DNA from: an uncultured Candidatus Saccharibacteria bacterium
GTDB lineage: Bacteria > Patescibacteriota > Minisyncoccia > Phycocordibacterales > UBA9973
Direction of reading: 5' to 3'
Assembly (NCBI GenBank): GCA_964496425.1
Contig: CAZBZO010000004.1
Coordinates: 23,118 to 87,117, forward strand
DNA: 64,000 nucleotides
In this document: positions 55,797 to 64,000 of the stretch, piece by piece
How the letters are laid out: every line of letters begins with the position of its first letter
Position numbering within the stretch: the first letter of the stretch is position 1
Translations under genes and position numbers: made by a program
Notes under the pieces: model-generated
The model's database searches: none
The model's input: only the letters and a program-made list of their open reading frames with translations
Told to the model about the DNA's origin: nothing

Positions 55797-58211
55797 TTAT
55801 TTTTTCAAAAACCCTAATTCATATACTTGCGGTTCTAGTTTTTCAGAAAGTTTTTTATATACATTTTCAAAATCAACAAAGCTAACTTTTGTAAAATCAC
55901 CACTGTCATTTCTTTTCTTGAGTGCATTCCTTATTTGATACCATCCCACATCTGGTCGATTTAATTTTAATTCATCTCTCACGCTACGTTCATCAGTATG
56001 TGCGAAATATGATTGCCACAACTTCTTACCTTCTTCGAGTGCAGCACGAGCTTCTGCGGAAAATTCTTTTCCCTGCATATACTCAACCATAAAGTTGGAC
56101 TCGAAACGGTCAGGAGCTCCAACTTCTTCTTCAGTAAATGGTATAAAATGATTTACAATTGACCACTTCTTATCATTCCACTCCAAATCATTAGCACTCG
56201 CTGTTAGATTGCTTCCATTAAATAGCATCCAAATCAAACAATCATTTTTGAATTCGTCAGTAAGTTCGCCAGTTGGTTGTAAAAATTGATCACGATCATT
56301 TTGCCATGTAGGTTTAACAATACGGCGCACGGTTAGAATGATTGCAGTTTTTAATAAGTTGTCTGCATTTACGTAAAAACCATCGCCCTGGCTGTATACA
56401 GACGAAAACAGCACTGTCTGGTTTACATTTTGCATGTCACTTGCTTTAACCCAAAAGTAGCCTATCGCACCGTCGGACCATTTTGACAACCGCACTTTAC
56501 TTGTAGTGGGAGTAACCGCTGATTTTAGGGGGACAACTTCAGTGTCATTAGGTTTTGGTCGTTGCACCCAAAGATTTAAGTAAGTTGATGACGGTAAATT
56601 ATAGAATACTTTCTCTCCAATTGGACGCGCCTCTTTATCAAGAACATCAACTGTTATTTTTGAGATTTGACTGAGATGTCCATCACCATGGCTTGTTCGC
56701 CATACAAGAAAACCAATTGGGAAGTTACCCTTCAGGCCTTCAAAAGATTTACTGTGAACAATGAAACCGCCAAGATAGTCAGCATCCCATTGCTTACGAA
56801 ATTCCTCAAAATTAGGAGCATTTACATATTTCAGCTTACTAAACATTGCAAGAGTTGCCTGTGGTATTTCTTTTGCAATTCGAGTAGCAAACTGAGTAAA
56901 CAATTCTTGGCTTGCTTTACCATACCCAGTCATACCAACCTCTCCATACTTAGTTTTTGCAACATTATCTTTACCTTCTTTACCAAGCGTACTTCCTGCT
57001 TCCGCATAAGGTGGATTAATCAGCACCAAAATTTTCTTTCCACTCTTTATTACCTGCTGTAGTGCTTCTGGGATTTTATTCGTTATGCTGTAGTCAATTT
57101 TTCCGTCATCAGTGATGTCATCGTTGAGATAGTCGTATTGAAATTTTGTAGCTGCAACACATGTCTTGGTAGCACGCATAACATTAATATCTGGAGCATC
57201 AAGCGTGCTCATATAAATATTGCGCGGATTCGAATGCTTTACTTCAAGGTTTCCTACACCACAGCACATATCCCAAACTATGTATTCTTGTTGCCAATTG
57301 TCTCCCAATACTTCAGTGAGTTTGTCATATGCCTTATCTACCACATGAAGAGGTGTATAGTATGCCCCCTTAAAACTTCGTTCATCAACTGGAATCAAAC
57401 TATCACGTCGTTCAAGTAGATAGTCACGATATTCCTGTTTTGGTGGCTTGTCATAGATTGCCCAAAACTTCCGATACCCCTCTTTGTTTCCTAATTCATA
57501 AATAACCCCTCCAAGAGCAAATACGGCTGCCCCATTTTTATGCAACAACTCAGCGGGAAGATTTTGATGAGTAGACACCGTACCGTCATGCATAATATCA
57601 GCAAAGAAAAGGAGGGCATAATCTTCAGGATTTACACCCTTTATTTCTTGTCCGATCATTGCAACCCACTTATCAAAAACTTGCTTCAGATTATCTGGAG
57701 TAATTTGTGTACGAACTATATCTCCTGTTTTGATAGCACTTTTTATGGCCGCTAGAAATTCTTTTTCGTGTGTAGAAATCTTATAAGAGACGAAATGCGC
57801 ACCAATGTATGCGGAAACAATATCAAGAGCTTCTTGGGTATAGCTACTCGCAGATTTACCCCATTTTATAATTTTCTTTTCAAGCAATGGAAGAGCATCT
57901 TCAGTCTTCATAATTGCAGCTTTTTCAGTATCAATGACACACAGAAAAGGTGGAATTTTTTCTCCTCGATCAAGGGCAGCTTGAATGTAATGCAAAAGCT
58001 GTGTGAACATTTCATATGTTGTGGTATTGCTTTTATCTTTTGCTTCAAACCATACTTCATCCGTTTGGATGTCAATCAGGTTTTTATGAAAACCTTTAAG
58101 ACCAATGGCTTTAATATAAGCGTCTTTGACGTCTTCCTCACTTTTTGCTTTCTTTAATGTTTCGTAGAGAGTCATACATTTATAATTTGATGGCTGAATA
58201 AGTTTTTCCAA
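55797..58211 (-). CDS. Type IIG restriction-modification enzyme, MmeI-like (N-terminal PD-ExK nuclease, gamma-class N6-adenine MTase, C-terminal specificity domain)
   Basis: N-terminus LID(47)...E(56)AK(58) fits a D-x8/9-E-x-K nuclease motif. MTase motif X GAYYTPLHVV (aa 282), motif I WDMCCGVGNL, motif IV LINPPYAEAG, then about 350 aa of C-terminal domain. The gene is visibly AT-rich. Confidence 0.7.
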   Translation of the reverse strand: MEKLIQPSNYKCMTLYETLKKAKSEEDVKDAYIKAIGLKGFHKNLIDIQTDEVWFEAKDKSNTTTYEMFTQLLHYIQAALDRGEKIPPFLCVIDTEKAAIMKTEDALPLLEKKIIKWGKSASSYTQEALDIVSAYIGAHFVSYKISTHEKEFLAAIKSAIKTGDIVRTQITPDNLKQVFDKWVAMIGQEIKGVNPEDYALLFFADIMHDGTVSTHQNLPAELLHKNGAAVFALGGVIYELGNKEGYRKFWAIYDKPPKQEYRDYLLERRDSLIPVDERSFKGAYYTPLHVVDKAYDKLTEVLGDNWQQEYIVWDMCCGVGNLEVKHSNPRNIYMSTLDAPDINVMRATKTCVAATKFQYDYLNDDITDDGKIDYSITNKIPEALQQVIKSGKKILVLINPPYAEAGSTLGKEGKDNVAKTKYGEVGMTGYGKASQELFTQFATRIAKEIPQATLAMFSKLKYVNAPNFEEFRKQWDADYLGGFIVHSKSFEGLKGNFPIGFLVWRTSHGDGHLSQISKITVDVLDKEARPIGEKVFYNLPSSTYLNLWVQRPKPNDTEVVPLKSAVTPTTSKVRLSKWSDGAIGYFWVKASDMQNVNQTVLFSSVYSQGDGFYVNADNLLKTAIILTVRRIVKPTWQNDRDQFLQPTGELTDEFKNDCLIWMLFNGSNLTASANDLEWNDKKWSIVNHFIPFTEEEVGAPDRFESNFMVEYMQGKEFSAEARAALEEGKKLWQSYFAHTDERSVRDELKLNRPDVGWYQIRNALKKRNDSGDFTKVSFVDFENVYKKLSEKLEPQVYELGFLKK

Positions 58212-58284
58212 AATCGTGCGACAATATTAGTCGAAAAATACCACATTTTAAAGGTTTTTTCAAGACAACAGACTATTACTTTAC

Positions 58285-58313
58285 TTGACTTTTGGGCATA
58301 TTTGTGCTATTAT
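58285..58313 (+). promoter_or_regulatory. sigma70 promoter TTGACT-17-TATTAT
   Basis: ttgact (58285-58290), a 17-nt spacer, tattat (58308-58313), upstream of the ORF at 58386. Confidence 0.55.
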
Positions 58314-58323
58314 ATAAGAGAAA

Positions 58324-58369
58324 GGTTAGAAAACGCCTGGGCTTTAAGGAGCCTACACGTTTTCTAACC
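58324..58369 (+). promoter_or_regulatory. perfect 12-bp inverted repeat ggttagaaaacg/cgttttctaacc with a 22-nt spacer, in the leader of the 58386 ORF; an operator or leader hairpin
   Basis: Read directly from the sequence. It lies between the promoter and the start codon, and no T-run follows it. Confidence 0.5.
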
Positions 58370-58385
58370 TAAACCCTTTCTTTTC

Positions 58386-58625
58386 ATGAGACCATTCTTT
58401 CACCTTTTCATGACGAATCACAGGTGGTTCGTAGGAACATTATTTGTCTTGTTTATTTTATTTTTGTTTTTCTGGGTAGCATTCTTCCCTTCTTCCTTAC
58501 AGGAATCATGGAACCGATTTATGCTCCTTTTGCAAAATATTTTATATGCGACATTAGCAGCAGGAGTGATAGTTGGTATTTGGAGATGGATTCTATTTCC
58601 TAAGGGAAAGAAAAATCCGCATTAG
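58386..58625 (+). CDS. small membrane protein (2 TM segments)
   Basis: 79 aa. It has its own promoter, and the terminator hairpin at 58647-58681 follows. Confidence 0.45.
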   Translation: MRPFFHLFMTNHRWFVGTLFVLFILFLFFWVAFFPSSLQESWNRFMLLLQNILYATLAAGVIVGIWRWILFPKGKKNPH

Positions 58626-58646
58626 CACAAAAAAAATTGTGCTCAA

Positions 58647-58681
58647 AGGATTCTGTTAATTAATAACGGAATCCTTTTTCT
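58647..58681 (+). terminator. hairpin aggattc...gaatcct followed by ttttt
   Basis: 7-bp stem with an AT-rich loop. A second hairpin gcacaa-a8-ttgtgc lies just upstream. Confidence 0.5.
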
Positions 58682-58702
58682 TTTTACTTTACTTCAAAAA
58701 TA

Positions 58703-59638
58703 TTAGAGCGAAGGGCACACTGTTGCACCTTCAGCAAGGGCACTTTGCACTTCCCCTTTGAACTCTGTACTATCCACGCAGTAATACGTGCCGGTACTGA
58801 GCGCCGCTTGTGCTGCATAACTTTCTTTTGCGTCAAAGCAGACTGGTTCAATACCATTTGTATTTTTCACCTCAGCAAGCAAGGTCAAAGCATTTACATC
58901 ACTGCAGAAACCTTCATAGTTCGCCGTATCATCTTGGCTTGTAGTCATAGAATATATTTCCGCTTGAGCACGCATACTCATAAGTGTCGCTTCGGCGCGA
59001 GCATCTCCGGCCTTCGTGCGAGCACTAGAAAGCGAAGCCAGTACAATCGCCGAGAGAATACCGATAAAAACCATCACAAAGAAGACGATGATTATGATGA
59101 CCACTAGATTCTTTGCCTTCACTTTTTTCACTTCTGCCATATTAATGTTTTGCACATCTGCCGCAGAATATTCGCGCGGAACCACGATAGTGCCAGAGAG
59201 TGAGTCATGCCAGCCCATGGGATAGGCTCCGAATAAATACGAAAATGGTTCAAATGGAATGAGCCGAGCGAATGAACGACCAAGTATCTGACTGAAAGTA
59301 GGCTTCCCACCGTCGAGTCGGACCACCTTTGTCTTGCTGGCAAGCTTGCCAGGAGTTTTCTGCCATATCAATTCACAAAAGACATAAAAGGCGGTTGAGA
59401 AAAGCATACTGATTATTACTTGCGGACCCTTGGAAATGACTGGCTGTATTAGGGCCATCACGATCAGAAGGAGTACAAAAATTACGATCCGATCGAGAAT
59501 ATAGTTCACCAATCGCTGACTGGTTGTAGCAGGCGCCTTGCTGATGGCTGCATCAAACGGCTTCGCCATCACTGCGCCACATTTACCACAACTCGCCGCT
59601 CCTTCCGACAGTTCAGTTCCACATTTTTGACAATACAT
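58703..59638 (-). CDS. zinc-ribbon / RDD-family membrane protein with a C-terminal pilin-like exported domain
   Basis: MYCQKCGTEL...CGKCG Zn ribbon. RDD region QRLVNYILDRIV...TKVVRLDGG. A late TM segment is followed by SLSSARTKAGDARAEATLMSMRAQAEIY and 4 Cys. Confidence 0.65.
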   Translation of the reverse strand: MYCQKCGTELSEGAASCGKCGAVMAKPFDAAISKAPATTSQRLVNYILDRIVIFVLLLIVMALIQPVISKGPQVIISMLFSTAFYVFCELIWQKTPGKLASKTKVVRLDGGKPTFSQILGRSFARLIPFEPFSYLFGAYPMGWHDSLSGTIVVPREYSAADVQNINMAEVKKVKAKNLVVIIIIVFFVMVFIGILSAIVLASLSSARTKAGDARAEATLMSMRAQAEIYSMTTSQDDTANYEGFCSDVNALTLLAEVKNTNGIEPVCFDAKESYAAQAALSTGTYYCVDSTEFKGEVQSALAEGATVCPSL

Positions 59639-59784
59639 ATATATAGTTAGTTTTACCTATCGGATTTCGATACTCCGATTTAATAATCTCTACGATAAGG
59701 ATCCCATACTTTTATGGTTTTTTCAAGCCGTAGAAACGACAAAAAACTCCCGGAGGAGTTTTTTGTGCGGAGGGTTGTGGTGGT

Positions 59785-60705
59785 TTATAAGGTCGTTGTA
59801 AACGTGCCATCAACACCCATACCAATGTCACCTTCAGCATCTGTTGAGCTGACGACGAAGTGGTAAAGCGTTTCAGCTGAGAGCCCACTTACGGCTACTG
59901 AGTGCTCAGTCACCAGAGCGGCATCTGAGGCAGTGCTACCGTAAGATTCATCAAGGCCAAAGGAAACCATAGAGTCGGAGGCAACGTCTGTACTCCATGT
60001 AATCGTAGCGCTTGTATTAGCAATATCTATTACTTGTACATTGGAAACGATTGGAAGAACAGCTGCTGTTTCGCCGAAACTATAGTCCTCTGACATAGCT
60101 TCATTGCCACCAAGATCTTTGGCAATGATTTGGTAATGATACTCGGTATCAGCACTCAAACCTGAAAGCGTAACATGGTGGTATGTGCTGTAGACTACCT
60201 TACCTTTGGTAGTGCCGTATGATTCGTCTGTACCATACATGAGCTTTGTCCAAGTAAGCTCATCGGTGTACCAGCTAATCATCACTGTGCCATCTTCGTT
60301 TTCTGTTACCATGACATCAGAAATAACTGGCAAAGTAGTGTCATTAGCGGCATCTGCCATATACGCATCAAGCTCTTCTTGGGTAAGATCTACACAATCA
60401 GCAGCCTTGTTTGGAAGGGCGCGCTTGAAGAAGATATAGACGCTACCATCGGGATCAGTACAGCCGACGAGTGTTTGATTGTCGTTGAGGAGATTTTGCT
60501 CATCGAGCGAAATTCCTTCTTGATTGTTAGTGTTAGCGAGAAATGCTGCACCACTCGTGCCAAGCGTAGTAGAGAGTGAAGCATTTTTTTGTGATTGACG
60601 CGCTGCCTCTGGTGCTCGCTCCCGCGCATCAGCTTGTCGGACGACAGCAAATGTTGGTGCGATCAAAAGTGCTAAAGCTAAAAATAATGATGTAAATTTT
60701 TTCAT
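59785..60705 (-). CDS. secreted protein with two fibronectin type III-like domains
   Basis: Signal peptide, then two repeats: ISWYTDELTWTKLMYGTDESYG...HHVTLSGLSADTEYHYQI and ITWSTDVASDSMVSFGLDESYG...HSVAVSGLSAETLYHFVV. Confidence 0.65.
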   Translation of the reverse strand: MKKFTSLFLALALLIAPTFAVVRQADARERAPEAARQSQKNASLSTTLGTSGAAFLANTNNQEGISLDEQNLLNDNQTLVGCTDPDGSVYIFFKRALPNKAADCVDLTQEELDAYMADAANDTTLPVISDVMVTENEDGTVMISWYTDELTWTKLMYGTDESYGTTKGKVVYSTYHHVTLSGLSADTEYHYQIIAKDLGGNEAMSEDYSFGETAAVLPIVSNVQVIDIANTSATITWSTDVASDSMVSFGLDESYGSTASDAALVTEHSVAVSGLSAETLYHFVVSSTDAEGDIGMGVDGTFTTTL

Positions 60706-60992
60706 ATATAATTGTGTAAATACAGTCTGCGCTTACGAAATCCTTTTATAGTCTTTATAATAATGAAATTTCATATGCGTATACTGCATATAGATAAATT
60801 AATAATACCAACCCTCACACTAGTCGTAACGCATCACGATGGAATTCGTTACACACTTATCGACATTGGAGGACAGAATTCGGCTCGGGGCAAGGGAAAG
60901 CTGTCACACTCCATACTCTTCATACGGTATACCTCTATAGCGAAAGACCGCTACGACACTTTTGATTGTTCGAGCGGTCTTTGCCGTTTATA

Positions 60993-62078
60993 CTACGTAT
61001 TCAAATCTGTCTCATCTTCTATTTCCCCCACCAATTGCTCCAAAATATCTTCCAAGGTCACCAATCCGATCACAGTGTGAGTATCATCTTTGGCATGCAC
61101 CAAATACATATGTGCTTGTCGGCGATTCATGGCTCGAAACGCTCGTTCCAAAGAAACACTTTCATCAATACGCGCGATTGGTCGTACAAATCCGACTACC
61201 GGCTCGCCACGCTGATCGGAATTTAAAATTTTCATAATCGTATTGGCGTGAATGTAGCCAATAATATTGTCTTCACTGCCCTGATAGACCGGATAGCGGG
61301 AATGTTCTGTCTCGCCGATATAGTGAGCGATTTGATCGACGGGTACGGCGCCGTCGACAAAGTAGACTCGCGGCAAGGGCGTCATGATTGAGCCGACAGT
61401 AATATCATCAAATTTAAAAATATTTTCGATCAACGTATGCTCGTCGTAGCCGATGCCGCCGAACTCCGCACTCATACGCGACATGATTCGTACTTCTTCT
61501 TCGCTGATATGCCCTGAGTGAACGACGCCAAACATTTTATTGACTTGCGTATTGAAGGCCACGAGCGCCCAGGTGATGGGCCAGGACACAATACTAAAAA
61601 TATAAAGCGGCCAAGCAAAAACTTGCGCCACGGCGATATTTTTGGCAAAGGCAATAGACTTGGGGATAATTTCACCGAGGATAAGGATGACAACAGTGGT
61701 GATACCAGTCACCACGCCGAGACTAATCGAGGAAGTAGCCCTGACCGCTACCGCGGCAGCATATGAGCCAGCTGAAAGCACAACAATGTTGCTGCCTAAA
61801 AGAATAGTGATAAGGAGGCGCTCCGGATCGCTTCGTAAGCGATCGATCAGCTTGGCATTCCAAGCATTTTCCTGCTTGAGAAGCCTGATCCGTGAGGCAT
61901 GGAGACTCATAAAGGCTGTTTCAGAAGCCGAGAAAAAGGCAGTGAGGGCAATGAGTATGATAAAAATAATTATTTCCACAGATTGATTATACGGTATTTG
62001 AGATTTAAACGCATAGCACTTTAGAATACCCTCTATGACAATACTAGAGTGGTATAATAAAATTATGAGTGAATTCAA
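60993..62078 (-). CDS. HlyC/CorC (CNNM) family transporter: DUF21 membrane domain plus a CBS pair
   Basis: FFSASETAF, the CBS pair and the C-terminal CorC domain. The true start may be the GTG at 61979 (VEIIIFI...). Confidence 0.8.
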   Translation of the reverse strand: MNSLIILLYHSSIVIEGILKCYAFKSQIPYNQSVEIIIFIILIALTAFFSASETAFMSLHASRIRLLKQENAWNAKLIDRLRSDPERLLITILLGSNIVVLSAGSYAAAVAVRATSSISLGVVTGITTVVILILGEIIPKSIAFAKNIAVAQVFAWPLYIFSIVSWPITWALVAFNTQVNKMFGVVHSGHISEEEVRIMSRMSAEFGGIGYDEHTLIENIFKFDDITVGSIMTPLPRVYFVDGAVPVDQIAHYIGETEHSRYPVYQGSEDNIIGYIHANTIMKILNSDQRGEPVVGFVRPIARIDESVSLERAFRAMNRRQAHMYLVHAKDDTHTVIGLVTLEDILEQLVGEIEDETDLNT

Positions 62079-62139
62079 ACCGCCGCAACCAAATAATCAA
62101 GATAATTTCAAGTCTCAGCAAGAACAATCAGACATAAAA

Positions 62140-62619
62140 ATGGAAGTTGCTAAACCAGAAAATTGGGAAGCATATAAGGAACTCCGCCTTTTGGCAATTG
62201 GAAAAACAAAATCTGGACCCGATGATGAACAAATTATAGAGGAAGAAGCAAGGAGTAAGGAAGAATGGCAAAAGGATTTATCTGGTGAAAATAAATTTCT
62301 TATGCTGTCTTGGAATGGCACCGAGGCAATTGGAATGGGCCTTGCAGAAGAAAAAGATGAGAAAGGGGTTTGGAAGATGTGGTCTGGTTATGTAAAGCCA
62401 GAATTTCGTGGAGGTGTTGGAAAAAGAATGTTTGAAGCCCGTTTGAATGAGATACGACGGCGAGGCGGTAAAAAAGTAACGCTCTATGTAAAAAGCGAAA
62501 ATAAAAGATCTATCCATATCGCCGAATCATTTGGTTTTAAAAAAATGGGTACAGGAGCATCCAAGGACTTATATCTCTTGCAACTAGATTTAACTACTCC
62601 TCGGGAGGCCATTAAATAA
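62140..62619 (+). CDS. GNAT-family N-acetyltransferase
   Basis: Motif A RGGVGKRM. The ORF opens at 62035, but that would overlap the divergent CNNM gene, so the start is taken at MEVAKP. Confidence 0.65.
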   Translation: MEVAKPENWEAYKELRLLAIGKTKSGPDDEQIIEEEARSKEEWQKDLSGENKFLMLSWNGTEAIGMGLAEEKDEKGVWKMWSGYVKPEFRGGVGKRMFEARLNEIRRRGGKKVTLYVKSENKRSIHIAESFGFKKMGTGASKDLYLLQLDLTTPREAIK

Positions 62620-62914
62620 CTGATTAACCGAATCCTGCCTTCACTTGGCAAGGCGGATTTTATCACGCCGTAGCCTTGCTCCAGCATGGCGGGCCGTGTG
62701 AGTTAAGTACTCAAGCTCTCAACCCTTATAAGGCGCTATTCTAGTACTTTTATCGGTGTCTCGCTAAAGCATATGACCACTATATCCTTTATTAAAATAA
62801 GGGCCATCTACCAAGAACGAGACAAATGAGACACTTATTGACCAAGATTAAAAGAGAAGTTTTTAAGGCTAACTGACATTGACTTTTCTTATTTTTTATG
62901 GTAGTTTATGGGTA

Positions 62915-62988
62915 ACTTATTATGTTTTAGTGACCTAATTTCCTTTTGTGAATTAAAGGGTGATTTGGTAACTAAAACATAATAACTA
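62915..62988 (+). promoter_or_regulatory. inverted repeat acttattatgttttag ... ctaaaacataataa (about 42-nt spacer) spanning the promoter and start codon of the SF2 helicase gene
   Basis: Arms at 62915-62930 and 62973-62988. A ggtaact direct repeat lies on both arms. The region is AT-rich. Confidence 0.5.
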
Positions 62989-64000
62989 TGCGAACTTTAA
63001 AAACAAAAGGTGGCAGGGTTATTAGACCCTACTCCTACCAAAAAACATCTTTTAAGTTGCTCGTTAATGCACTTCAAAAGTATCACCGTGCCCTTATGGT
63101 AATGGCCACAGGATTGGGTAAGACAATTACTTCAATTCTCGTGCTATTGCATTTCCTCAAACCCAAAAGTCGAGTACTCTTTTTATGTCATGACACTGGT
63201 ATCTTAGACCAGGCATTTAAAGACTACAGGGATTTTTTGGGTGACGCATATTCATGCACCAAGTTCTACGGACAGAAAAAAGATTGGAATGCTGACACGC
63301 ACAACATCGTGTTTGCCACATTTCAATCCATGGCTTCACATTTGGCCGACAATGGAAAGAAGAATATTTTTTCTAAAACTCACTTTGATTACATCATCGT
63401 GGATGAAGGCCACCATGCAAAAGCCGAAACTTATGAATCAGTTCTGGACTATTTCATTGCAAAATGGAAGATGGCCATGACTGCGACACCTGATCGTGAA
63501 GACGAAGAGGACATTACAGAAATTTTCGGTAAACCAGTCGTGAACATTGAGCTTCCTGAAGCAATTGCCAAAGGATGGCTTACACCAGTGGACTACCGTG
63601 TACTCTCTGATGGCCTCAATGAAGAAATGATTCAAAAGCTTGTTGCTGATGTATTAGACAATAATGTTCGTATCACTGAAAAACAAATCAATGAGCGGAT
63701 ATTCGTTAAAATACGTACTCAGGAGCAAGTAAAGGAAATCCTTAAGGAAAGCAAAGATAAGCAGGCGATCATTTTTTGTCAGAATATTACCCACTTACGA
63801 CATGTAGCAGAGTTTCTGCCTCAATCCGTATGGGTACATTCAAATCAAACAGATGATGAAAACGATGAAGCTATGAAAGCTTTCAAACAAAAGAAAGCTC
63901 GTCATATCTTGGTTGTTGATAAGTTTAATGAAGGGATTGATATCCCTAGCGTTGAACTCATTGTGTTTTTGCGTGGTACTGATTCAAGAAGGATATTCCT
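62988..64000 (+). CDS. SF2 DEAH-box helicase (Type III restriction Res-subunit-like), N-terminal 337 aa; continues past the window end
   Basis: Manual translation gives MRTLKTKGG... Motif I MVMATGLGKT, Ia/Ib, motif II IIVDEGHHA, motif III MTATP, and a later block HILVVDKFNEGIDIP. It is missing from the ORF track because it has no stop in the window. Confidence 0.8.
   Translation, partial: MRTLKTKGGRVIRPYSYQKTSFKLLVNALQKYHRALMVMATGLGKTITSILVLLHFLKPKSRVLFLCHDTGILDQAFKDYRDFLGDAYSCTKFYGQKKDWNADTHNIVFATFQSMASHLADNGKKNIFSKTHFDYIIVDEGHHAKAETYESVLDYFIAKWKMAMTATPDREDEEDITEIFGKPVVNIELPEAIAKGWLTPVDYRVLSDGLNEEMIQKLVADVLDNNVRITEKQINERIFVKIRTQEQVKEILKESKDKQAIIFCQNITHLRHVAEFLPQSVWVHSNQTDDENDEAMKAFKQKKARHILVVDKFNEGIDIPSVELIVFLRGTDSRRIF

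Noticed and set aside
1-64000. Alternative genetic code (UGA=Gly, as in some candidate phyla), CRISPR arrays, rRNA, transposases.
   Set aside because: Conserved genes (dnaE, gyrB, thrS, smc) read through as long ORFs under the standard code with TGA stops in sensible places. No direct-repeat/spacer arrays, rRNA-like segments or transposase/integrase motifs were found on either strand.

Overview
64 kb chromosomal fragment of about 45% GC, mostly transcribed on the minus strand, read under the standard genetic code. The genes are compact housekeeping genes: rpsP, a KH-domain gene, trmD, rnr, rnc, a short smc, a nusB-Nudix fusion, rpmF, rnhB, a 1065-aa dnaE, thrS without N-terminal domains, rdgB, gyrB, a 607-aa pheT, a minimal 236-aa pheS, murC, murD, msrB, ndh and one tRNA-Leu(CAG). 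Between them are many small membrane or secreted hypothetical proteins, two cell-wall amidases, a VanY-type peptidase, a serpin, a SWIB protein and TspO. This gene set and the truncated aminoacyl-tRNA synthetase architectures suggest a reduced-genome bacterium of the Patescibacteria/CPR type (inference only). No CRISPR array, rRNA or transposase was seen. Stretches that stand out from housekeeping are:
- a tandem pair of paralogous cysteine-rich zinc-ribbon proteins bracketing a small Ser-hydrolase at the left edge;
- a propeller-repeat secreted protein with a T9SS-type C-terminal sorting domain wedged into the rpsP–KH–trmD cluster, with its own terminator and promoter flanks;
- a UvrD-like helicase and a Cas4/AddB-like nuclease that look like one gene split between helicase motifs V and VI by a visibly AT-rich ~1 kb insertion carrying an opposite-strand secreted-protein gene;
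- an AT-rich island holding an MmeI-like Type IIG restriction-modification enzyme co-transcribed with an unknown 286-aa protein, then a Zn-ribbon/RDD/pilin-like protein, an Fn3 protein, and at the right edge an SF2 DEAH helicase preceded by an inverted-repeat operator (a possible defence island);
- several domain fusions (NusB–Nudix, DoxX–metallothionein-like tail) and two paralogous tiny lysine-rich peptides.
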